DNA from: an uncultured delta proteobacterium
GTDB taxonomy: Bacteria > Myxococcota_A > Polyangia > Haliangiales > Haliangiaceae
Reading direction: 5' to 3'
Assembly (NCBI GenBank): GCA_963743525.1
Contig: CAVUQH010000003.1
Location: 640,001 to 704,000, forward strand
Length of the DNA: 64,000 nt
Part shown: in pieces, positions 21,186 through 33,113 of the stretch
How the letters are laid out: each line of letters opens with the position of its first letter
How positions within the stretch are numbered: position 1 is the stretch's first letter
Made by a program: the position numbers and the translations under genes
Notes under the pieces: model-generated
Told to the model about the DNA's origin: nothing
Database searches by the model: none
What the model saw: only the letters and a program-made list of their open reading frames with translations

Positions 21186-21944
21186 ATGGCCGAATGGGAA
21201 GTTCCTAGAAGGGAGCCGCGCTACCGGCTCCGCATTCCGGTCATTCTGCGCCTGGGTCGAGAGTCCACCGAGGTGATGACCGAGGACGTGTCGTTCTCGG
21301 GCATGTTCGTGCGCACCGACGCGCCGCCGCCCGAGCGCGGACTGATCAAGATCGACATCCCGGTGCCGGGCGAGGTCTCGCCGCTCGCGCTCACCGCGAT
21401 GGTCGTGCATCGGATCGAGCCGAACCCGTCGCTGCAGCGCATCCCCGGCGCCGGCCTGCAGCTCTACGGCGTCGGCTCCGACATGCGCGACAAGTGGGCC
21501 CGCTACATCCTGTCACTGCGCGACAAGGACGTGAACGCCGCGTCCAGGCCGGTGCCGGTCGAAGCCAGCAACGACAACTCGCCCGAGCTTCACTCGCTCG
21601 AGCGGGAACCGATCAACCGGCGCCACGTTCGCTACAGCGCGGTGTTGATCGCGCGGGCCAGGACCATCGACGAGCTGGTCACCATGTACACCCGCGACAT
21701 CTCGCAGGGCGGCACCTTCCTCACCACCAACGTCGCCGTTGCCGCCGGCGACGCGCTGCGGCTGGAGCTGATCCATCCGGACACCGGCGAGTCGTTCGAT
21801 CTGGCGTGCGTCGTGCGCCGGCGGGTGCGCGACGGTCTCGGTGTCGAGTTCACCGATCTGGACGAAGCCAAGCGCGAGGCGTTCTGGCAGTTCGTCGAGC
21901 CGGTGGTCGAGCTCAACGAAGACGACTTCTTGCTTCTGGATTGA
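21186..21944 (+). CDS. Tandem PilZ-domain protein
   Basis: RREPR...DVSFSG and RRHVR...DISQGG. Confidence 0.87.
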   Translation: MAEWEVPRREPRYRLRIPVILRLGRESTEVMTEDVSFSGMFVRTDAPPPERGLIKIDIPVPGEVSPLALTAMVVHRIEPNPSLQRIPGAGLQLYGVGSDMRDKWARYILSLRDKDVNAASRPVPVEASNDNSPELHSLEREPINRRHVRYSAVLIARARTIDELVTMYTRDISQGGTFLTTNVAVAAGDALRLELIHPDTGESFDLACVVRRRVRDGLGVEFTDLDEAKREAFWQFVEPVVELNEDDFLLLD

Positions 21945-21947
21945 ACC

Positions 21948-23436
21948 ATGGCATTTGCCGAATACGATCGCTTCGATGCGCTCGGCCTGGCCGAGCTGGT
22001 GGAAAAAGGTGAGGTCACGCCGGCGGAGCTGGTCGACACCGCCATCGCTCGCGCCGAGGCGGTCAACCCGCGCATCAACGCCATCGTCACGCCGCTCTAC
22101 GACCGCGCGCGCAAGCAGGCGGCGGGCGAGCTGCCAGCCGGGCCGTTCCGCGGGGTGCCGTTCCTGATCAAGGACCTGTTGTCGGCGCTGGCCGGCGAGC
22201 CCATGCAGCAGGGCTCGGCCATGTACCGCGGCTGGGTGCCGAGGGAGAACTCCGAGCTGGTCAATCGCTACCTCGCATCCGGCGTGGTCATCGCGGGCAA
22301 GACCAACACCCCGGAGCTGGGGTTGTTGCCGACCACCGAGCCGACCGCCTACGGGCCGTCGCGCAACCCGTGGCATCCCGAGCGCACCACCGGTGGCTCG
22401 AGCGGCGGCTCGGCGGCGGCGGTGGCGACGCGCATCGTGCCGATGGCCGGCGGTGGCGACGGCGGCGGATTCGATCCGCATCCCCTGTTCGTGCTGCGGG
22501 CTGTTCGGGCTCAAGCCCAGCCGCGGGCGCACGCCCACCGGCCCGCTCGAGGCCGAGGGCTGGAACGGCTTCGCCATCGAGCACGTGCTCACGCGCAGCG
22601 TGCGCGACAGCGCGGCGATGCTCGACGCGGTCACCGGCTGGTACCCGGGCGACTTCCACTACATGCCGCCGCCGGCGACGCCGTTCCGCGACCAGGTGAC
22701 CACCGAGCCGGGGCGCCTGCGCATCGCCGTGAGCACCGAGCCGTACCTGCGCTCGCAGGTCCACGGCGACGTCATCGCAGCAGTCGAGGACACCGCGCGG
22801 CTGCTGCGCGAGCTGGGCCACGAGGTCATCGACGACGCGCCGCGTATCGACGCGACCGCGTTCTCGCGCGCGTTCCTGACCGTGGTCGCCGGCCAGACCG
22901 CCGCCGCGATCCGCACCGCCGAGGAGCGCGTCGGCCACAAGGCGCGCACCGAGGATTTCGAGCTGCGCACCCGCCTCAGCGCCATGAGCGGCGACGCCTT
23001 CAGCGCTGGCGACTATGTCGCCGCCGTGCACACCCTGCACGATCAGGCGCGGCGGGTACACCGCTTCCTCGACGACGTCGACGTCATCGTCAACCCGACC
23101 ATCTCGGTGCCGCCGCCGCGGCTCGGTTTCCTCGCCGCCGAGGGGCCGCGCGCCGTGCTCGAGCAGCTGATGGGGCGGCTGCCGGTGGGCAAGCTGCTCA
23201 CCCTCGGGCCGCTCCTCGATCAGGCGTCGGCCGACGTCTTCGCGTTCATCCCGTGGACGCCGATCTACAACGTCACCGGGCAGCCGTCGATGTCGGTGCC
23301 GCTGTACTGGAACGCCGAGGGCCTGCCGATCGGCGTGATGTTCACCGGGCGTTTTGCCGACGACGCGACCATGTTCCGGCTGGCCGGCCAGCTCGAGCGC
23401 GCGCGTCCGTGGGCCGATCGCGCACCACCGCTCTAG
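21948..23436 (+). CDS. Amidase-signature family amidase (apparent +1 frameshift near 22470)
   Basis: [32 protein letters not shown] is split across frames; C-terminal [16 protein letters not shown]. Confidence 0.88.
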
Positions 23437-24614
23437 GCGGCGCGGACCCGGGCCGGGCGGAACTCCGGCTCGGCGCCCTGGAGCATGCGGTCGACGTCGG
23501 CGCGGACCATCCGGTTGCCCAGGTGTGTGGCCACCGAGCTGGCGCCGGGCAAGGCGCGCCGCGCCATCTCCAGCGGCGCGATGAACGCGCGGGTCGGATA
23601 GATGGCCCACTTCCACCGCTGGTTGGGAATACCCAGCTGGTCGGCGATGTCGTCGCCGTTGAACGCGCGGGTGAGGCCGTCGTGGTACTTGGTCACGAAT
23701 CCGCTGAAGCGCCGCTGCGCCGGCGTGCGCGCGATCTGCTCGGGCACCTTGCGCAGCGCCTGCGCCAGCGCCACCGAGTCGTCGTCGGCGCCCGGCTGCA
23801 CGTCGTTGATCATCTGCGCGAAGCGGATGCCGCTCGCCTCACCGGCGAAGTGGGCGAGCAGCGCCTCGTTCACGCCGCTGAGATACCCGCAGTAGCGCCA
23901 CAGGTGAACCACGGCGTCGGCCTCGCGCCGGGTGAAGTGAAAGCCCATCTTGCGCGCGCCGGCCAGCACCAGCAGCGAGAACTCGACCACGGTTCCGGCC
24001 ATGTCCGCCTGGTTGATCGGCGAGCCCCACGCGGCTGCGTCCCACCGCGGCGACTGCGCGAGCATCCTCCGCACCAGCGCGTGCATCAGCCGCACCCGCA
24101 CCGCCAGCTCGAACCCGCGGCCGTGCCGGCGCAGCCCGCCGACCTGACAGACCTCGGTGACGAACCGCCCGGTCTCGGCCAGGCGCCGCGGCGCCCGCGC
24201 CGCCAGCTGGCCGGTGAACGCCAGCGGCTTGACCGCCGGGCCGCAGCGGTAGCCGTTCATCAGCGACCAGGCCGACAGGATCATCATCGCCGCCGGCCCC
24301 AACCGCTGGTACGTGCGCGCGCCCAGGTCGAGCCGCCGCCAGTTGACCCAGCGCGGCGCGTGCTCGAGCTGCGCAAACAGCCGCGCCAGCGACGGCGGCG
24401 CTCCGTCGACCTGGTGGGCTCCGCGCTCGATCGCCGCGGCCAGCATCGCCATCGGATCGACCCGCGCCGCGCTGGCCTCGGCCAGGTATCGATCCATCAG
24501 CTCATCGCCGATCAGCTGGAAGCGCGCGTACTCGTCGGCGACGGCGCCGTACTCGCGCCGCGCCTGCTCGCGGTTGACATAGCGGTCCGGGAACGAAACT
24601 GACCGGTCAGTCAC
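23433..24614 (-). CDS. MpaB/rubber-oxygenase-like (DUF2236) heme oxygenase family protein
   Basis: RRLAET, VRLMHALVR, WGSPINQAD, LWRYCGYLSG. Confidence 0.85.
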   Translation of the reverse strand: MTDRSVSFPDRYVNREQARREYGAVADEYARFQLIGDELMDRYLAEASAARVDPMAMLAAAIERGAHQVDGAPPSLARLFAQLEHAPRWVNWRRLDLGARTYQRLGPAAMMILSAWSLMNGYRCGPAVKPLAFTGQLAARAPRRLAETGRFVTEVCQVGGLRRHGRGFELAVRVRLMHALVRRMLAQSPRWDAAAWGSPINQADMAGTVVEFSLLVLAGARKMGFHFTRREADAVVHLWRYCGYLSGVNEALLAHFAGEASGIRFAQMINDVQPGADDDSVALAQALRKVPEQIARTPAQRRFSGFVTKYHDGLTRAFNGDDIADQLGIPNQRWKWAIYPTRAFIAPLEMARRALPGASSVATHLGNRMVRADVDRMLQGAEPEFRPARVRAA

Positions 24615-24621
24615 CCACCCA

Positions 24622-25036
24622 GTTTACGGGGACACGCACCATGGTGTCAACACATTGGAATCACTGCAGATTTGAGCACAAACGTCCAATCATTGCGACC
24701 GGCTGTCGCTGGTCCTGGGTTTACGGGGACACGCACCATGGTGTCAACACATTGGAATCACTGCAGATTTGAGCACAAACGTCCAATCATTGCGACCGGC
24801 TGTCGCTGGTCCGGATTGGTCATTTGTGCTGAGATGTTCATTGATTTCACGGGGATACGACCCCCGTGCGTGTCCCCGAGGGGACGATTGATTTCACGGG
24901 GATACGACCCCCGTGCGTGTCCCCGAGGGGACGTCCAATCATTGCGACCGGCTGTCGCTGGTCCGGATTGGTCATTTGTGCTGAGATGTTCATTGATTTC
25001 ACGGGGATACGACCCCCGTGCGTGTCCCCGAGGGGA
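24622..25036. repeat. Nested REP/MITE-like repeat cluster
   Basis: 94-bp direct repeat (24622-24715, 24719-24812), 47-bp tandem repeat (24840-24886, 24887-24933) and 106-bp repeat (24779-24884, 24931-25036). 13-bp inverted ends CGGGGACACGCAC (x2) and GTGCGTGTCCCCG (x3). Confidence 0.9.
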
Positions 25037-26180
25037 GGGAGAAGCTCACGCGGGTGCCCTCTCCGACGGCGGAGTCGATGCTGACGTCGCCGCCGTACGA
25101 GGCGACGATTTGTTTGACCACGGCCAGGCCCAGGCCGGTTCCGATGCTGGCCGGCTTGCTGGTGAAGAACGAGTCGAAGACCCGGGGCAGGTCCTGGGCG
25201 GGGATGCCACAGCCGTCGTCTTCGATGGTGCAGCGGGCCAGCTCGTCGTCGGCGGTCAGGGTGATGCGGATGTGTCCACCCTCGCCGCCATCGGCGATGG
25301 CGTCGGCGGAGTTGACCACCAGGTTGACCAGGATCTGCTCGATGCGGGTGCGGTTGATCGGCACCACGACCGGCTGCTCGGGCAGGTTGACGTTGACGGC
25401 GATGCGGCGCGTGCGCCCGGCGATCGACAGCATCGACACGGTGTCGCGCACCACCTCGCGCAGGTCGATCGGCTCGTCGTAGTCGGGGCCGGGCCGCGCC
25501 AGCTCTTTCAGCCGCTGGGCGTGCTCGCGCAGGTGGCGGCAGGCATTCGAGTAGGCGCGCTTGAGCGGCTCGGGAAATCCGAGGTTGTCGTCGATGGCCA
25601 GGATGCGGTCGAGCGAGCCGGTGAAGACGGTGGCCACGTTGGCCAGCTCGTGGCCGAGTCCGCCGGCCAGGGTGCCCAGGGTCGCCAGCCGATCGGCGTG
25701 CAGCAGCTCTTTGCGGGTGCGCTCGAGCTCCTCTTCGACCGACGCCTTGGCCCGTTCCAGCTCGGCCTCGGCCTTGACCCGGCGGTTGACCTCCTCGGTC
25801 AGCTCGGCGACCAACCGGTGGGTCTCGCGCAGATCGCGGGCGACCAGGCCGATGCCGACCAGATCGCCGTTGGCGTCGACCACCGCCGAGCCGGTGACCG
25901 ACACCGGGATGACCGAGTCGTCGGCGGCGCGCAGCTTGACCTCCTCGCGGTGCAGCTCGGCCCCTTCGACCACCAGCTGGATGCGGGTGCTGGAGTGGAT
26001 TGCCGCGGCCTCGTCGGCAAAGATGCTGGCCAGCTTGCGCCCGACCAGCTGATCGCGACTGTGGCCCAGCAGCCGGGTGGCGGCGTCGTTGACGTGGACG
26101 ATGCGGTCGCGAATGTTGACCAGGAAGACGGCATCGACCATCGCGCGGAGGATGTAGGGCGCGTATTCGAGCTCTTCCAT
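24999..26180 (-). CDS. Cytoplasmic PAS sensor histidine kinase
   Basis: PAS domain, GHELAN H-box, NLVVNSAD, DDGCG, GTGLGL. The stop codon lies inside the repeat cluster. Confidence 0.9.
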   Translation of the reverse strand: MEELEYAPYILRAMVDAVFLVNIRDRIVHVNDAATRLLGHSRDQLVGRKLASIFADEAAAIHSSTRIQLVVEGAELHREEVKLRAADDSVIPVSVTGSAVVDANGDLVGIGLVARDLRETHRLVAELTEEVNRRVKAEAELERAKASVEEELERTRKELLHADRLATLGTLAGGLGHELANVATVFTGSLDRILAIDDNLGFPEPLKRAYSNACRHLREHAQRLKELARPGPDYDEPIDLREVVRDTVSMLSIAGRTRRIAVNVNLPEQPVVVPINRTRIEQILVNLVVNSADAIADGGEGGHIRITLTADDELARCTIEDDGCGIPAQDLPRVFDSFFTSKPASIGTGLGLAVVKQIVASYGGDVSIDSAVGEGTRVSFSLPSGTRTGVVSP

Positions 26181-26299
26181 CGTCGGCTGCGCAGTATATC
26201 AGCGGTTTTCGCCCCGTCGCGGCGCGGCTCCGGCACCCGTGCCCGGCTTTTCCGCAAAATCGGCGACGGCACCGCGCGCGCACCGTATGCTGCCCGCTC

Positions 26300-29200
26300 G
26301 TGGCCCACTGCACCCACTGCGGCCGCCGCTTGCCGCCCGGGGCCATCTGCCCCGCCGACGGCACCGCGCTCGCCGCCAGCGCCGAATCGCCGACCGCTCC
26401 GCCGGTGATTGACGGCTTCACCGTGGGCGAGCGCCTCGGCGGCGGTGGGTTCGCCGAGGTCTACGCGGCGCGCGCGGCCGACGACAGCGAGGTCGCGCTC
26501 AAGGTCGCGCGCGTCGCCTCGCCGTTGGCGCGCGAGCGGCTTGCCCGCGAGGCCGACGCCCTGGCGCGCATCGGCCCGCCGCGGGTACCCGCGCTGTTCG
26601 GCCGAGGCGAAAGCGGTGACGGCCGCCCCTACCTGGCGCTCGAGCTGGTGCCGGGGGAGCCGGTGGCGCAACGGCTGGCGCGGCTCGACCAGCCGATGCC
26701 GGCGCGCGAAGCGGTGGCGCTGATCGACGCGGTCGCCGCCGCGCTGGAGGTCGCTCACGCCGCCGGCTGCATCCACCGCGACCTCAAGCCGGAGAACGTC
26801 ATCCTCACGCCGGACGAGCAGGTGGTGCTGATCGACTTCGGCGCCGTGCGCTCGGAGTCCGCCGATGGGCGCACCACCACCGGCGGCTGGCTGGTCGGCA
26901 CGTCGATCTACATGGCGCCCGAGCAGTTGGCCGGCGGCGCGCTGACCCCGGCGGTCGATCTCTATGCCGCAGGCGTGATGTTGTACGAATGTTTGACCGG
27001 CTGCGTGCCGTTCTTCGGCGACGTCGCCAGCGTCGAGCACGCTCATCGCCTGCTGCGCCCGCGCCGCCCCAGCGAGCTGGCGCCGGTGCCGCGGGACCTG
27101 GACGATCTGGTCATGGCCTGCCTGGCCAAGGATCCCGCGCGCCGCCCGGCCGGCGCCGCCGCGCTGCGCGAGGCGCTGGCCGCCGTCGAGCTGGGCGCGC
27201 TGTCGCAGTCGGCGTCGTCGACGACCACGCGGCTGGGCGAGGAGACCCGCCCGGTCGTCTTGCTCGCGGTCGAGGGCGCGTTGCTCGGACCAGACGTCGC
27301 CGACGTGGTGCGCGCCGGGCGCGGCCTGGTCGCCCGCCACTATCGCCGCGGCTTCGTCTGCGCCTTCTGCGACGCCGACGACGACGATCCCGCGACCAGC
27401 GCCCTGGCCCTGGCCCGCGAGCTGGTTACCGCACACGGCGCCCGCACCGTGGCCCACCTGTCGGAGCTGCACGTGCGCGACGGTCATCGTGGTCGCCGGG
27501 TCTACGGCGTCGAGGTCGACCGCCCCGAGGCGTGGCTGCCGGCGTCGGCGTGGGCGGGCTTCGTGGTCACTGCGGCGCTGGCCGACGCGCTGCCCGAGAC
27601 CCGAGCCGATGACGAGCTGCCCGGCTTCGCCCGCGCCGTCGGCTCGGTTTCGCCGCGGCAGCAGCCACCGCTGATCGGTCGCGACCGCTTGCTCGCCGAT
27701 CTCGCCGCCGAGGCCAGCGCTGCAGTCGCCGCTGGTTCGTCGCTGCTGACCACTGTCATCGGCGGACGCGGCACCGGCAAGAGCCGCCTCGCCGGCGAGC
27801 TCGCTCGCCGCCTGCCGGCCGCGCTGCCCGGTGCCCGCGTGGTCAGCGGCGCGGGCGAGTTGTCGGGGGACGGTCCCGTGGCGGCGCGCCTGGTCGCCGC
27901 CGCGCGCCGCCAGCCGCTGGCGCTGATCGTCGACGACGCCCACCGCGCCGGCGACGCGTTGCTCGATGCCCTCGAGCTGGCGACGCTGGAAGGCGACCTG
28001 CCATTGGTGGTGATCGCCATTGGCGAGCCGCGACTGGAGGCGCGCCGCCCGCACTGGGGGCAGCGCGCGCATCGGGCCGTTCGCCACGACCTGCAACCGC
28101 TGTCGGTCAACGACGCCATGTCGCTGGCGGCAGCGCTGCTGTTCCCCGCCGAGTACGTGCCCGCCGACGGCCTGCGCCGTCTCGCCGAGTGGGCCGGCGG
28201 CAACCCGTTCCTGTTGTCCGAGGCAGTGGTGCGGCTCAAGCGCGAGGGCGCGCTGCAGCGGCGACCGCGCGCCGACAGTTTCTACCTCGATGCCGCCTAC
28301 CTCGATCGGCTGCCGACGTCGCCGGCGGCGCAGTGGATCGCCGTGCGCGAGCTGCACGCGATGGAGCCGGAGCTGGCCGCGTGCGCCCGCGTCTGCTCGG
28401 TGCTCGGCGCGTCGTTCGATCGCGACGAGCTGGCCAGCGTGATCGACGCCGCCGCCCGCGCCGGGCTGGCGGCCACCGCCGTCGACGCCGACGCCGGCCT
28501 GCGCGAGATCGCCCGCCGCGGTCTGCTGGCGGACGACGGTGACGGCCGCTGGCGCTTCGCCCGGCCGCTGCTGCGGGACGCCGTCTATCGCGCGCTGCCC
28601 GCCGGTGATCGCACCCGCCTGCACGAGCTGGCGTTCGACTACTGGCGCCGCGGCGATCGCGCGGACTCGGATCGCGGTCTGGCCGCCGCTGCCCGCCACG
28701 CCGCCGGCTCCGGTCACGCCCGCGAGGCGGCGGAGCGCTTCGTCCAGCTGGGCGATCGGCGGCGCCAGTGCCACAAGTTCGTCGCCGCCGAAGAGGCGTA
28801 CAACGCCGCCCTCGAGCACGACCCCGACGGCGAGCTGCGCTGGCGCGCGCTGCTCGGCCGCGGCATCATGCGCTACTGCGTCCAGCGCCTCGACGACGCC
28901 ATCGCCGACCTTCGCGCCGCTCGAGCCGCGGCCCCGTCACCGGCGGTGGAGGCGCGCGCGCTACTCGAAGAAGCGACGGTGCTCGACAGTGCCGAGGATT
29001 TCACCGCGTCGGCGGCGCGAGCCGACGCGGCGCGGCCGCTGGTCGAAGCGACCGGCGACCCGCGCCTGGCCGTCCGCCTTCGCTTCGCCGAGGGACGGTC
29101 GCGGTGGCGCGCCGAAGACCCGCACGGTGCCGCGGTCCTTCTGCAGGAGGCGTGCGACCGAGCGCGCGAGCTCGGCGACGCCGAAACCGAGATCGTCGCC

Positions 29201-29908
29201 GGCGTCACCCTCGGACCGGCGCTGGTCTTTGCCGGCCGCGCCGATGACGCAGCGGCCTGTTTCGAACGCGTCATCTCTCTGTCCGAGCGCGAGGGCGACC
29301 GCTTCCATCTGTGCGCCGCCTACGCCAACCGGTTGTTCCTGTGGCGCAACCAGCCGGAGCAGGCCGAGGCCGATCTGCGCCGCGCGGTGGAGCTGGCGCG
29401 GGAGATTGGTCACCCGCTGCTCGAGCGCGTGGTCAGCCACAACCTGTCCGAGCTGCTCTACTGGCAGGGGCGCGTCAACGAAGCGCTGCCGTTGGCGCGG
29501 CGCGGTCGTCTCCTGCAGGAGCGGTTCCTGCCCGCGCCGGTCGCCGACGACGCGCTGCTGCTGGCTCGTGTCACCGCGGCCGCCGGCGCTGCCGGCGAGT
29601 CGCGCCAGTGGCTCGACTGGGTCGAGGCCAACGTGCCCGAGGCAGCGCGCGCGCCGAGCGATCGGGTCGTCTCGGCCCTTCTGTCGCTGGTCGTCGACGG
29701 CGACATCGACGGTGGGCGATGGACAGCGGTGCTCGCCGACGCGCGAACGGCGCTCGCTCCCGAGGAGCTTCTCGAGGCGATGCACTGGGCGGTTGTTGCC
29801 GGTGATCCGGAGCAGCGCGACGATCTTCTCGCCGAAGCGCGGGAGCTTGCCGCGGAGCACCCGATCTGGTCGCGCCGATTCGCCGGCGACGTCCTGTCAC
29901 CCGGCTGA
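26300..29908 (+). CDS. Ser/Thr kinase - degenerate cyclase-like - STAND/AAA ATPase - TPR protein
   Basis: N-terminal Cxx[21 protein letters not shown]; Walker A GGRGTGKS, Walker B LIVDD, GGNPF; helical TPR-like C-terminus. Confidence 0.88.
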   Translation: MAHCTHCGRRLPPGAICPADGTALAASAESPTAPPVIDGFTVGERLGGGGFAEVYAARAADDSEVALKVARVASPLARERLAREADALARIGPPRVPALFGRGESGDGRPYLALELVPGEPVAQRLARLDQPMPAREAVALIDAVAAALEVAHAAGCIHRDLKPENVILTPDEQVVLIDFGAVRSESADGRTTTGGWLVGTSIYMAPEQLAGGALTPAVDLYAAGVMLYECLTGCVPFFGDVASVEHAHRLLRPRRPSELAPVPRDLDDLVMACLAKDPARRPAGAAALREALAAVELGALSQSASSTTTRLGEETRPVVLLAVEGALLGPDVADVVRAGRGLVARHYRRGFVCAFCDADDDDPATSALALARELVTAHGARTVAHLSELHVRDGHRGRRVYGVEVDRPEAWLPASAWAGFVVTAALADALPETRADDELPGFARAVGSVSPRQQPPLIGRDRLLADLAAEASAAVAAGSSLLTTVIGGRGTGKSRLAGELARRLPAALPGARVVSGAGELSGDGPVAARLVAAARRQPLALIVDDAHRAGDALLDALELATLEGDLPLVVIAIGEPRLEARRPHWGQRAHRAVRHDLQPLSVNDAMSLAAALLFPAEYVPADGLRRLAEWAGGNPFLLSEAVVRLKREGALQRRPRADSFYLDAAYLDRLPTSPAAQWIAVRELHAMEPELAACARVCSVLGASFDRDELASVIDAAARAGLAATAVDADAGLREIARRGLLADDGDGRWRFARPLLRDAVYRALPAGDRTRLHELAFDYWRRGDRADSDRGLAAAARHAAGSGHAREAAERFVQLGDRRRQCHKFVAAEEAYNAALEHDPDGELRWRALLGRGIMRYCVQRLDDAIADLRAARAAAPSPAVEARALLEEATVLDSAEDFTASAARADAARPLVEATGDPRLAVRLRFAEGRSRWRAEDPHGAAVLLQEACDRARELGDAETEIVAGVTLGPALVFAGRADDAAACFERVISLSEREGDRFHLCAAYANRLFLWRNQPEQAEADLRRAVELAREIGHPLLERVVSHNLSELLYWQGRVNEALPLARRGRLLQERFLPAPVADDALLLARVTAAAGAAGESRQWLDWVEANVPEAARAPSDRVVSALLSLVVDGDIDGGRWTAVLADARTALAPEELLEAMHWAVVAGDPEQRDDLLAEARELAAEHPIWSRRFAGDVLSPG

Positions 29909-29932
29909 CTGGCGAAGATCATTCGGGTCGAC

Positions 29933-29952
29933 TGTCGGGAATGTCCCCGACA
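29933..29952. promoter_or_regulatory. Palindrome TGTCGGG-N6-CCCGACA, candidate response-regulator site
   Basis: Perfect 7-bp inverted repeat with no U-tract, upstream of the gene run that encodes a NarL-type regulator. Confidence 0.5.
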
Positions 29953-29993
29953 ACGTTGGTTTTGTGGGCTCTGCTACCTTGGGGAAGAGCGAC

Positions 29994-30803
29994 GTGATCC
30001 GGCTTCCCGCCATAGCTGGCTGCGTCATGGCAGCCACCATTCTCTTCGGAGCTTGCGCCGTCGATCCGGATTTGGGTCGCTCGGACCAGGCGATGGAGAG
30101 CGAGAACGCGTTGTCGTACAACGCGCTGTCGTACAACGCGCTGTCGTACAACGCGCTGTCGTACAACGCGCTGTCGTACAACGCGCTGTCGTCCGGCGAC
30201 TTGCTGTTCGATCAGAACAACACCAACCTGGCCAGCACTCCCGACGGCCGGCAGGTGCTCAAGTACATCGCCCGCTGCGCGCTGCCACTAGGGATCGACC
30301 TGATTGCGGAAGTCAACGGACAGACGTATACGTTTCCCGGTCGTCTCGGGCTGACGCCCGACTGGGCCGACCACCCCCTCAGCGCCAGCGGCCGCCGCTG
30401 GATGACCGCGTGTCTCCTCGCCCACACCAACTACTTCGGGATCACGGTGCCGATCTCGCTGCGCGGCGAGACCGCTGCGCTGGCGACCTCGACCGGCGAG
30501 CGGGACGCGTATCCAGTGGCCGAAGCGGCGTTCTTCGGCGACCTGTTCGCCGACCCACCGTACACCGCCTCGTGCATCGCCCCGCACCAGACCGGCGACT
30601 CGCCGTATCTGGATCTGCGCGTCTGTGCCGAGCCGGACGGCGACACGTCCAAGTGCGGCTTCGGCCTGGCCGGCTACTGCAGCTGGTGGACGGTCTGCGC
30701 GTCGGCCGGCAGCGATGGCCACTATCGCGACTGTCGCCTCGACTCGAGCATGCCCCGGGTCGGCGAAGTCATCACCGTCTACCTGCCCGATCAACAGCTG
30801 TAG
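29994..30803 (+). CDS. Lipoprotein with NALSY pentapeptide repeats and Cys-containing C-terminal domain
   Basis: Lipobox FGAC; NALSY x5 + NALS; then YIARCALP, WMTACLLAHTN, EAAFFGDLF and several paired Cys. Start is GTG 29994 or ATG 30027. Confidence 0.85.
   Translation: MIRLPAIAGCVMAATILFGACAVDPDLGRSDQAMESENALSYNALSYNALSYNALSYNALSYNALSSGDLLFDQNNTNLASTPDGRQVLKYIARCALPLGIDLIAEVNGQTYTFPGRLGLTPDWADHPLSASGRRWMTACLLAHTNYFGITVPISLRGETAALATSTGERDAYPVAEAAFFGDLFADPPYTASCIAPHQTGDSPYLDLRVCAEPDGDTSKCGFGLAGYCSWWTVCASAGSDGHYRDCRLDSSMPRVGEVITVYLPDQQL
30105..30191 (+). repeat. 15-bp coding tandem repeat (AACGCGCTGTCGTAC) x5.8
   Basis: Near-perfect copies; one C>T in the first unit. Confidence 0.95.
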
Positions 30804-30813
30804 CGAGGCGTCG

Positions 30814-32030
<1,217 letters not shown>

Positions 32031-32034
<4 letters not shown>

Positions 32035-33110
32035 GCGAGTGCCCGCACAGCGAAGCGCTCGCCCGCGCCGCCCGCGCGCTGGCCGGCAAGGCGCCGATCG
32101 AGCAGCGCTGCGCGCGCCTGGCCGAGCTGGCGTCCGAGGTGCTGGGCGGCAACGGCGCGGCGATCACCGACGCGTCCCGGCTGATCACGGCCACCGGCGA
32201 GCTGGCCGGCCTCGATCCGTGCGACCCGATCTTCGAAGCCGCGCTGGCGGCAAACGAGCCGACCGCGTGGCCGGGCGAGCCGCCCGCGCTGGTCATCGCC
32301 GCCATCGCCGGCAACGCTCGCCGCGGCGCGCTGGTGATCGCGCGCTCCGCCGCGGCGATGACCGACAACGATCGCCATCTGGCGTCGGCGCTGGCCGACG
32401 TGCTCGGGCTGGCGCTGGCCCATGCCGCCGCCGAGGCGTCGCGCTCGGACTTCCGCCGGCACGCCATTGCCGCGCAGGAAGAGGAGCGGCGGCACATCGC
32501 CCGCGAGCTGCACGACGGCGTCGGCCAGGCGCTGACCGCGTTGCTCGTCGGCGTGCGCACCCTCGATTCGCTGCTCCCCGACGAGTCCCTCGCCGCGCGC
32601 GAGCTGGCCCGCCGGCTGGGTGCCACCGCCGTCGAAACCCTCGACGAGGTCGGGCGGCTGGCCCGCGGCCTGCGCCCCAGCGTGCTCGACGATGTCGGCC
32701 TGGTCGCCGCGCTCGAGCGCCACATCTGCGATTTTTCCCGCACCCATGGGGTTCGCGCCCAGCTTCACACCACCGGCATGGTCGGCGGCGATCGCCTGCC
32801 GCCCGAGGTGGAGACCACCATTTATCGCGTGGTCCAGGAGGCGCTGACCAACGTGGCCAAACACGCACGCGCGCGCAGTGCCTCGGTGATCGTCGAGCGG
32901 CGCCCGGGTGTGGTGGCTGCCATCGTCGAGGATGACGGTCTGGGGATGCCGCGCGTCGTAGGGCGCGCCGTGGTCGGCGGGCGGTTGGGGTTGGTCGGCA
33001 TCGAAGAGCGCGTCGCCCTGCTGGGTGGGCAGGTCGAGGTCGAGTCGACGGCAAATCAGGGCACCACCATCTACGTCAAGATTCCACTGGCAGAGACGAA
33101 GGAGAGCTGA
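32031..33110 (+). CDS. NarX/UhpB-type (HisKA_3) histidine kinase
   Basis: EERRHIARELHD, QEALTNVAKHA, EDDG, GLVGIEER. Confidence 0.92.
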
Positions 33111-33113
33111 GTG

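Noticed and set aside
21948..24602. 884-aa amidase fusion ORF
   Set aside because: Produced by the frameshift near 22470; after that point it is out-of-frame and antisense to the MpaB-like gene.
24622..25036. CRISPR array
   Set aside because: No constant repeat alternating with unique spacers; the intervening sequences are themselves duplicated and no cas genes are present.
24672..26421. Long ORFs 24672..26408(+) and 24847..26421(-)
   Set aside because: Shadow frames of the PAS kinase running through non-coding repeats; no protein motifs.
25799..28819. Very long antisense ORFs (also 38670..41579, 41699..44224, 5272..7590 in part)
   Set aside because: Expected in high-GC DNA opposite real genes; only short motif-bearing terminal parts were kept.
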